This document shows positions 57,553 to 64,000 of a stretch of DNA of 64,000 nt, one piece after another (positions within the stretch are counted from its first letter, which is position 1; the number at the start of each line of letters is the position of its first letter). The notes beneath the pieces were generated by a model that was given only the letters and a program-made list of their open reading frames with translations, was not told where the DNA came from and searched no databases. Source of the DNA: an uncultured Ignavibacteriaceae bacterium. GTDB taxonomy: Bacteria > Bacteroidota > Ignavibacteria > Ignavibacteriales > Ignavibacteriaceae. Location of the stretch: positions 41,573 to 105,572 of the forward strand of contig CAWEJJ010000005.1 in assembly GCA_963809415.1 (NCBI GenBank), given 5' to 3'. Made by a program: the position numbers and the translations under genes.

Positions 57553-58209
57553 CTACAATTCAATTTCAATTTCATCATCGATATCAGCATCTTCTTTTGT
57601 ACCTTCCTGAATAACATCAACTACATCGTTTGCAACCGTTTCCATTTCACCCACAAGTTTTTTTACAGCACTTAAAAAATAATTATAAATTGCCAATGCT
57701 GGTATTCCAACGAACAATCCAAAAGCAGTAGTTATAAGAGCTTCCCATATTCCCCCTGCTAAATCACTTGGACCAACCAATCCTTGTAACTCTTGTACAG
57801 TTTTAAAAGCTGATATCATTCCTGTTACCGTTCCCAAAAAACCAAGTAATGGAGCAATACCCGCAACACTTGCAAGCACAAGTAAACCCTTTTCAAGTTT
57901 GCTTATTTCCTGGCTCCCTGCATTTTCAATTGCTTCTTTCACTCTTTCGTGACCAAACTTATATTTTTTTAATCCCTTACGTATAATATTTGCAACAGGA
58001 GATTTTTCCTGCATACAATAACTAATTGCACCAGAAACATCTTTTTTCTTTATAAAACCTCTTATTCTTACCATAAAAGCTGGAACATTAATTCTTGCTT
58101 TTCTTAAAACAATAAAGCGTTCAATAGTTACAGCTAATCCCAAAATTGAACAGAGAAGAATAGGCCACATAACCAAGCCACCTTTGAAGAACATATCTAA
58201 TAGATTCAT
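57553..58209 (-). CDS. exbB: MotA/TolQ/ExbB proton-channel protein
   Basis: 218 aa with 3 TM helices and the motif APLLGFLGTVTGMISAF...ALITTAFGLFVGIPA. Confidence 0.9.
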   Translation of the reverse strand: MNLLDMFFKGGLVMWPILLCSILGLAVTIERFIVLRKARINVPAFMVRIRGFIKKKDVSGAISYCMQEKSPVANIIRKGLKKYKFGHERVKEAIENAGSQEISKLEKGLLVLASVAGIAPLLGFLGTVTGMISAFKTVQELQGLVGPSDLAGGIWEALITTAFGLFVGIPALAIYNYFLSAVKKLVGEMETVANDVVDVIQEGTKEDADIDDEIEIEL

Positions 58210-58230
58210 AGTTAACCTTTTATTTTTGAA

Positions 58231-60075
58231 TTAACGAATATTCTTTTCAATAAAATTTTTTGCTTCATCAATTGATGAGAAATTACCAACTTTTATTCGA
58301 TACCATAGACCGCGTCCGGGAATTTCAATTGGTTCAACAAATGAATTCAATCCTTTGTTTTTATATCTGCCTGCCTCATTTTCTGCAATTGAAAGTGATC
58401 GGAAAGATGCAACTTGAACAACATAAACATTACCATATTGATAAATATTATTGCCAACATTAATTGGGTTTCCTGCCGGCACTCCATTTTTATCAACAGT
58501 ATTAGCGCTCGATTGAGATTTTTGAGTTTCTATATCAGAGTTTGAAGTATTCAATATTGATTTTTTTTCTACTACAGTACTTTCTTTATCTGCCAGAACT
58601 TTTTCATCGATAGTTCTTTCAAGTGGATAAGGATATGTAATTGGAATCTGAAAATTTCTTTCAACAATATTTGTATTGTTAGACGTAAGTGAAGGTTCTA
58701 TAACTTTAATATCCTTATTGCTTTTTGTATAAATTTGAGTGTACCAATAAATGGCTGCGGCAGCTGATAATACTAAAATTAAAAGAAAAATTAGAGTCCA
58801 TCCCTTCCCTTTCTTAACAGATGGGACATCGTCATCATCAGTTGGTAATTCTTTAATTGGTTCTTCCGATATTTTATCAGAAACTGTAATTCCTTCCTTA
58901 TTGTTATTTTCAGGGGCTAAAATTATTTTATTTTTTTTTGAAGATGAGTCCTCTAAATCAGATGCTGTAGATTTAACTTCTGTAAAATTATTGTCCCTCA
59001 CGGATCTCATTTCATGTGGATTATAAGTCTCAAATAATTTAGATGCACTCTTCCAAAATTCCTCGTCAGAGATTTCATCATCTAAATTTATACTATCTGC
59101 ATTATCTGATTTAACTTCTTCAAAATCATTTAATTCATCTAATAAATCATCAGGCTCACTTAATTCAAGTTTTATAGTTTCTTCATCCAAGTCTTGATTT
59201 TCAACAATGTTTTCGTTCGACATCGATTCAGTTGAGACTTCTATTTCTTTTCCATTCTCATTTTCTAAAAGTTTATCAAGAATATTTTCCTCATCAGATC
59301 TAACATTTAATTCCCTTTCAGATTCAGATTTGATTGGACTATCCTGAGAAGGATTATTAATCCTTTCATCCGTAAGCTCAAGGATTGATTCCGCTGAAAT
59401 TTTCTTTGAAAACTTCTCTCCAAAATCCCATGCAATGTTTCTTACCACATTATCTTCTGTTTTTGCTGTCACAAATTCATCAATTAATTGTTCATCCGAC
59501 AATAATAATTCCAGATCCTTATCATTGCTTTCTAAATGCACACGATTAGAGTTATAAGAACTTGCATCAATTATTAAAATTGGGAATTGCTCTTCAGAAG
59601 TAAGAATTTTGGATTGCGCAATAATATCTTCGACTTTAGATTCAAGTAATCTTCTATATTCATAACCAGAAGTTGGTACATAAGCTTTATCCGCTAAAAC
59701 GCCTCTTAATGGAATTAAAGGTTTCCCGATACTTAAGCTAAAAAACGAATCAACTGGATAATAGTTTTCTTCATCAATAAATGGGATGTTAAACACAAAT
59801 CCTTCTGTTTCAGATTGGCTTAATTTTTCTTCTTCTGAATAAAGAATAATATCAATAAGTTCTTCGGGATATTCATTATTACCAATAACTAAAGCCGGCT
59901 TTTTAATTTTACCTTTGATAATATGAAAATATCCGAATTGAGGCATATAAATCGACTGACCTGATTTAAGCAAAGCAGAAACTCTCTTTAAGAGGATTTC
60001 AAAAAAAACTTTGGCATCTGCATCTACGATGCCAACAGTGTTGGAAAATTTTATTATTAATTCTGCTTTTGTCAT
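58231..60075 (-). CDS. HU/IHF-like N-terminal domain + long acidic disordered region + TM + C-terminal SPOR domain protein
   Basis: 614 aa. MTKAELIIKFSNTVGIVDADAKVFFEILLKRVSALLKSG...FGYFHI resembles the HU fold. An acidic D/E/S/N-rich middle is followed by the TM helix WTLIFLLILVLSAAAAIYWY. The SPOR-like end is YVVQVASFRSLSIAENEAGRYKNKGLNSFV...WYRIKVGNFSSIDEAKNF. Confidence 0.65.
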   Translation of the reverse strand: MTKAELIIKFSNTVGIVDADAKVFFEILLKRVSALLKSGQSIYMPQFGYFHIIKGKIKKPALVIGNNEYPEELIDIILYSEEEKLSQSETEGFVFNIPFIDEENYYPVDSFFSLSIGKPLIPLRGVLADKAYVPTSGYEYRRLLESKVEDIIAQSKILTSEEQFPILIIDASSYNSNRVHLESNDKDLELLLSDEQLIDEFVTAKTEDNVVRNIAWDFGEKFSKKISAESILELTDERINNPSQDSPIKSESERELNVRSDEENILDKLLENENGKEIEVSTESMSNENIVENQDLDEETIKLELSEPDDLLDELNDFEEVKSDNADSINLDDEISDEEFWKSASKLFETYNPHEMRSVRDNNFTEVKSTASDLEDSSSKKNKIILAPENNNKEGITVSDKISEEPIKELPTDDDDVPSVKKGKGWTLIFLLILVLSAAAAIYWYTQIYTKSNKDIKVIEPSLTSNNTNIVERNFQIPITYPYPLERTIDEKVLADKESTVVEKKSILNTSNSDIETQKSQSSANTVDKNGVPAGNPINVGNNIYQYGNVYVVQVASFRSLSIAENEAGRYKNKGLNSFVEPIEIPGRGLWYRIKVGNFSSIDEAKNFIEKNIR

Positions 60076-60189
60076 TTTCGTAAAATTCTATTTTGAATAA
60101 CGATAGTCAAATCTAAATAAACCCAATTTACGCAGACTCTTCTTTTTGAATAATATTAGTAAGTAAAATAAATATTATTCAATTAAGAT

Positions 60190-61785
60190 TTACAATCGAT
60201 AATTTATTCCTAAAATAATATTTAATGGTATCTCTTTATAACCATTCCAATAATAATTTTTATAATTTAATAAGTTATTGAAATCAATTTTGAAATCAAG
60301 ATCAGACTGAAAAGTATAAATAAAAGATAAGCCTAAATCAACATAGTCGCCAATTGATATTTTATTTTCTATATCAGAATATCTTTTAGAAAGATAATCA
60401 AGTTTCGCAATACCTTTTATTTCAGGACTAAATTTATAACTATAGTTAACGTTCAACTCAAAATTTGGTGTGTATGGTATATTATTCCCATCCTGATCAG
60501 TGGCATTTGTAAATTTTAAAGAGCTAAAAAACTCGCCATACGGTCCAATATAAAATAGAAAATTAGCATAAGGGCTAATACTATTCATATCAGCATAATC
60601 TAATACAAACTTTCCAGATTCGGTTGAGTTCTTAAAATATGGATAATTATTTGATGCGAAATATTTAAAACCTCCGTCTATTTGAAAATATTTATCATAC
60701 TCATATTTAATAGAAGCATTTAGCGAATTATTCTTTTCCCAATAAATGCTTCCAATGCTATCAACTTTAAAATAATTATTCTTTAATAAAAAGTTACCGG
60801 GACTTTGAAATTCGGCTGTTGGTGCAAACTCACTAAATAACGTTAGATTTTTATCAAGTTTAATTGCAACTGAAGCATAAGGGGCATTAAAAGTATTTCC
60901 TGCACCTCTTGAAAAATTCCAGCCAAAAGATCCTTTAATTAATTTAGTAAATTGGAATCCTGCAGTAGGTCTAACCAGAAAGAAATCCTTACCTGAATTA
61001 TCTCCCAGAAGATTTTGGATACTGTGATTCCGATAATCAACAGCAACACCTAAATTGAAAGAAGAAAATTTAATCAGACTTTCACCCTTCAATCTTAAAT
61101 TGTTTTCTTTAAACTCTTCCTGTGAAATATTTGCAACATTATTGCTTAGTGTAAAACCAAATAAAAAGTTCCTATTAAAATCATTCTTAATAGCTACTTC
61201 AAATTTACCTGAATTAATACTTCTTCTCTCCTCAGGATTATCAGAAGCAAAAAACTTAAAACTCGTTGTTCCATAATTTCCGTTTACATTAAACTGTGTC
61301 CCGGGCATAAACTGTCCCTCAATATCAGACCAGTAAAGTAAATTAAATGCTGCCTTAGTTTTATATCTATCACTATTATCTACATACGCCCTTGTAAAGT
61401 CACCGTTAAACATTCCTTCAATAATTCCATTTGTAAATGGATGAGCATAATTTACACCTACAGTAGGAATTGTATAAAGTCCAATACCAGCAGAAATATT
61501 TCCCTTAAAGTAACTTGTTGTATCCAGGAAACTCATGTCAGTTTTTATAGGATTTGAAAAATCTGCAATTTCCAATTCTTCTGGTGAATATGATGGTCTT
61601 AGAAAATCTTCAGAAATTGTTGAGACAAAATCTGGTTTTATCTTATTAGCTTTTTTAAGGTTAACTTTGCTTGTGCCAGTGATAACAAAATCAGGTAATT
61701 CAACATTTGGATTTTTTTGTTGATCATCCTGCGCCATTATTGCAAGTGGTAAAAATAAAACTAGAAAAATCAAATTAAGCTTCAT
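60190..61785 (-). CDS. Hypothetical outer-membrane beta-barrel protein
   Basis: 531 aa with a signal peptide (LAIMAQ), alternating amphipathic strands rich in Y/F/N/G, and a C-terminus ending ...LGINYRL. Its start overlaps the upstream TPR gene stop by 4 nt. Confidence 0.45.
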   Translation of the reverse strand: MKLNLIFLVLFLPLAIMAQDDQQKNPNVELPDFVITGTSKVNLKKANKIKPDFVSTISEDFLRPSYSPEELEIADFSNPIKTDMSFLDTTSYFKGNISAGIGLYTIPTVGVNYAHPFTNGIIEGMFNGDFTRAYVDNSDRYKTKAAFNLLYWSDIEGQFMPGTQFNVNGNYGTTSFKFFASDNPEERRSINSGKFEVAIKNDFNRNFLFGFTLSNNVANISQEEFKENNLRLKGESLIKFSSFNLGVAVDYRNHSIQNLLGDNSGKDFFLVRPTAGFQFTKLIKGSFGWNFSRGAGNTFNAPYASVAIKLDKNLTLFSEFAPTAEFQSPGNFLLKNNYFKVDSIGSIYWEKNNSLNASIKYEYDKYFQIDGGFKYFASNNYPYFKNSTESGKFVLDYADMNSISPYANFLFYIGPYGEFFSSLKFTNATDQDGNNIPYTPNFELNVNYSYKFSPEIKGIAKLDYLSKRYSDIENKISIGDYVDLGLSFIYTFQSDLDFKIDFNNLLNYKNYYWNGYKEIPLNIILGINYRL

Positions 61786-64000
61786 TGTACTTTCCTCAAT
61801 TTCTGAAGTGCTTCATCGCCGTAGATAGTGCCGCTATGCTTTGCTAATACTGCTCTATACATTTCTGCTGCATTTCGCTTATCATTCAGCTTAACATAAC
61901 AATCACCAAGTAATAAATAGGATTTGGTTAACCATTCATCATAACGAGAAAAAATAGTTCTAACTCTTACCAGGGCAGTAATAGCCTCATTATATTTGGC
62001 TTGCTCAAACAAGGATAAGCCATAGTAATACTGGGCTTTTGCGCCAATATCATCGGTCCTTTTTTCTGCAAGTGAAGATAAATAATTATCTGCATTTGAA
62101 TATCTTTGTGCGGCTATTTCAATCAATGCTAATTCAAACTTTGATTTGTCCGCAAAGATAGATTCAGGGTAGTACATAGCTATTTCATCAAAAACAGAAT
62201 ATGCATCCTGAAATTTTTTCATCTCCAGAAATGTCTGCCCTTTATTAAATAACAATTCGGGAATTTTGGGAGATTTTTTTAAATCCGTAATTGCCGCAGC
62301 ATAAATTTTAATTGCATCTTCATATTTTTTATCAGATCTTAAAATATTTCCGATCTCAAGCACAGATGTAGCTGCAAGTTCAGAGCCTTTATAATTTCTA
62401 AACACTTTATCGAAGTTAATAATTGCTTCTTCATTTTGCCCCAAACTTTCAGCGCTTTTACCAATCCAATAATAAGCATCCGGAACAAGTTTACTTTGGT
62501 TATAAGTTGAAGTAAAATCCTGATAAGCTTGTTTAGCCTGCTCATATTTCCCAAGGCTATAATAGATTTCACCTTTTTTAAATAAAAGTTGATCTGAATA
62601 ACTTAAGTTGGGATTTTTTGATACAAATTCTCCCAGAAAAGAAATAGCTTTGTCGGGATTTCCCTTTGCTACATAACTTGATTGAATTCCATTAACTGCA
62701 TCAAAAACATAATTTGAGGATGGGAATTGTGTTATAACTTTTTCATAATTAACAATAGCTGAATCATATTTACTCATATTAAAATAAGCATCACCAATCG
62801 AATAAAAGATGATTGGCTCTAATGATGTTTTGGGATATTTTGTTAAAACAAAATTGTATTGCGAAATCGCCTGGGTGAAATTCCCTTTTTGAAAATAAAT
62901 CCAGCCAACAGTATATAATGAAACCTCACCATATTCTGATTGAGGAAATTTTTCCTGGATTGAAATAAACTCAGAAATTGCATCAGTAACTTTCCCTGAT
63001 TTATACAATGCCTGTGCATATTGATATCGAGCATAAGGATCAGTACTCAACTTAGCATCAGATGTAAATAATTCCTGATATACTTTACTGGCAGCAGCAA
63101 AATTTTTACTCCCAAAGTAACTATCCGCTAATCTCAGCTTAGCGTCGTTTATTCTTTTATTGTCCGGATATTTTTTTATAAAATCTGCAAACAGATAAGC
63201 AGAATTTTCGTAATCGCCGAGATTGAAATAACTGTAAGCTTTACCGTAAATTGTTTGGGATGCCAAATCTTTATCAGACCCAACTGACTTGTTGTAACAA
63301 CTTATAGCAGATTTAAAATCTCCTAGTGCAAAATAGCTTTCTGCCAAAAAGAAATTTACTTTTTGAGTTTCAAATGTCGGATCTTTACTATCTAATTCTT
63401 CAAAATATTTGATGGCAGTTTTATTATCATGTAAATTATAAAGTGCAATACCTAATCCCAAAAGTATTCTGTTTTTAACATCGATATCAATATCATTCAA
63501 ATCTTTAACCATATCAAAATAATTTTTTGCAGCTTTAAAATCAGCTTTACCTAATTCTATTTCTCCAAGAAGAGTAAAAGCTTTAGCACGAACATTAATA
63601 TCACTAGAAGCATTAGCAGTTAGCAAATATCTGGAAGCAAGATCCGCATTGTTCTTATAAAAATAAACAACGCCAATTTGATATTGTACCTCTGTTGCTA
63701 ATGGATCGTTCGGATATTTTTCTAGAAATTGTTTGTATATCTCATTAGCTTCATCATTTTTACCCAGATATCTTTTACATTCAGCTTTCCAAAAAAACGA
63801 TTTAACTGCCAAACTGTCTGTCCCTTTTGATAATTCATCAAATTGGGCAAAGGCATCATTATATTTTTTTTGTTGGAAATATGTCCAGGCTAAACCATAC
63901 CTTGATTCTTCAGAATAATCAGACGAAGGAAATTTATTAAGCACCTCCAAATAGGTTTTTTCAGCATCTTGATATTCCTGCACTCTATAATAAGAAGTTG
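61782..64000 (-). CDS. Multi-TPR (YbgF/CpoB-like repeat) protein, N-terminus outside the window
   Basis: More than 733 aa of consecutive 34-40-residue TPR units (A.Y..g..y...g.Y..A...F...i..yP.s). The frame stays open upstream of the GTG at 63983 to the window edge. Confidence 0.7.
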   Translation of the reverse strand, partial: TSYYRVQEYQDAEKTYLEVLNKFPSSDYSEESRYGLAWTYFQQKKYNDAFAQFDELSKGTDSLAVKSFFWKAECKRYLGKNDEANEIYKQFLEKYPNDPLATEVQYQIGVVYFYKNNADLASRYLLTANASSDINVRAKAFTLLGEIELGKADFKAAKNYFDMVKDLNDIDIDVKNRILLGLGIALYNLHDNKTAIKYFEELDSKDPTFETQKVNFFLAESYFALGDFKSAISCYNKSVGSDKDLASQTIYGKAYSYFNLGDYENSAYLFADFIKKYPDNKRINDAKLRLADSYFGSKNFAAASKVYQELFTSDAKLSTDPYARYQYAQALYKSGKVTDAISEFISIQEKFPQSEYGEVSLYTVGWIYFQKGNFTQAISQYNFVLTKYPKTSLEPIIFYSIGDAYFNMSKYDSAIVNYEKVITQFPSSNYVFDAVNGIQSSYVAKGNPDKAISFLGEFVSKNPNLSYSDQLLFKKGEIYYSLGKYEQAKQAYQDFTSTYNQSKLVPDAYYWIGKSAESLGQNEEAIINFDKVFRNYKGSELAATSVLEIGNILRSDKKYEDAIKIYAAAITDLKKSPKIPELLFNKGQTFLEMKKFQDAYSVFDEIAMYYPESIFADKSKFELALIEIAAQRYSNADNYLSSLAEKRTDDIGAKAQYYYGLSLFEQAKYNEAITALVRVRTIFSRYDEWLTKSYLLLGDCYVKLNDKRNAAEMYRAVLAKHSGTIYGDEALQKLRKVQ

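Noticed and set aside
1-64000. CRISPR arrays, transposases, integrases, prophage genes, toxin-antitoxin pairs, restriction-modification or other known defence systems
   Set aside because: I saw no regularly spaced direct repeats. No ORF has DDE/tyrosine/serine recombinase, Cas, RT, nuclease-helicase or methyltransferase motifs. The tRNA genes are not flanked by integrases or duplicated 3-prime ends.

Overview
AT-rich (about one-third GC by eye) 64-kb chromosomal segment of a Gram-negative bacterium. The gene content points to the FCB superphylum, Ignavibacteriota or Bacteroidota-like: type IX secretion PorU/PorV plus CTD cargo, alternative complex III next to an aa3-type oxidase, and TolQ/TolR/TonB with TPR and SPOR proteins. 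This placement is inference only, since no database search was possible. Most genes lie on the minus strand in long, tightly packed co-directional runs. In order: a MacAB-TolC-type efflux operon (partial); a CCA-adding enzyme; a PP2C phosphatase / Ser-Thr kinase / membrane metallopeptidase operon; tRNA-Leu, tig and clpP; a serine hydrolase; a 15-kb respiratory supercluster (actA, actB, actC, fused actDE, actF, cytochrome c, SCO, coxI, coxIII, coxIV, coxII, ctaB, membrane cytochrome c); ctpA, tmk and a YbbR-like gene; two BMC shell-domain genes; ruvX and relA/spoT; upp and der; a T9SS block (porU, porV, an M6-like cargo, a peptidase/PD40/beta-barrel fusion); bcp, an HD hydrolase, nth and a 2Fe-2S ferredoxin; tRNA-Gln and tRNA-Glu; a small plus-strand membrane-protein island; and tonB-exbD-exbB with SPOR, OMP and TPR genes. 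I saw no CRISPR array, transposase, integrase, phage genes or recognisable defence system. Two things stand out. (1) An orphan pair of bacterial-microcompartment (BMC-H) shell-domain genes sits inside a housekeeping operon with no vertex protein or cargo enzymes in the window, and one copy carries a long C-terminal extension ending in a HeH/Rho_N-like motif. (2) At least eight single-base indels interrupt strongly conserved genes (PP2C, tig x2, relA/spoT x4, porU x1). This looks more like consensus sequencing error than coordinated pseudogenisation. Functional calls come from motif recognition in the supplied translations, or from my own translation where stated. None was verified by search.
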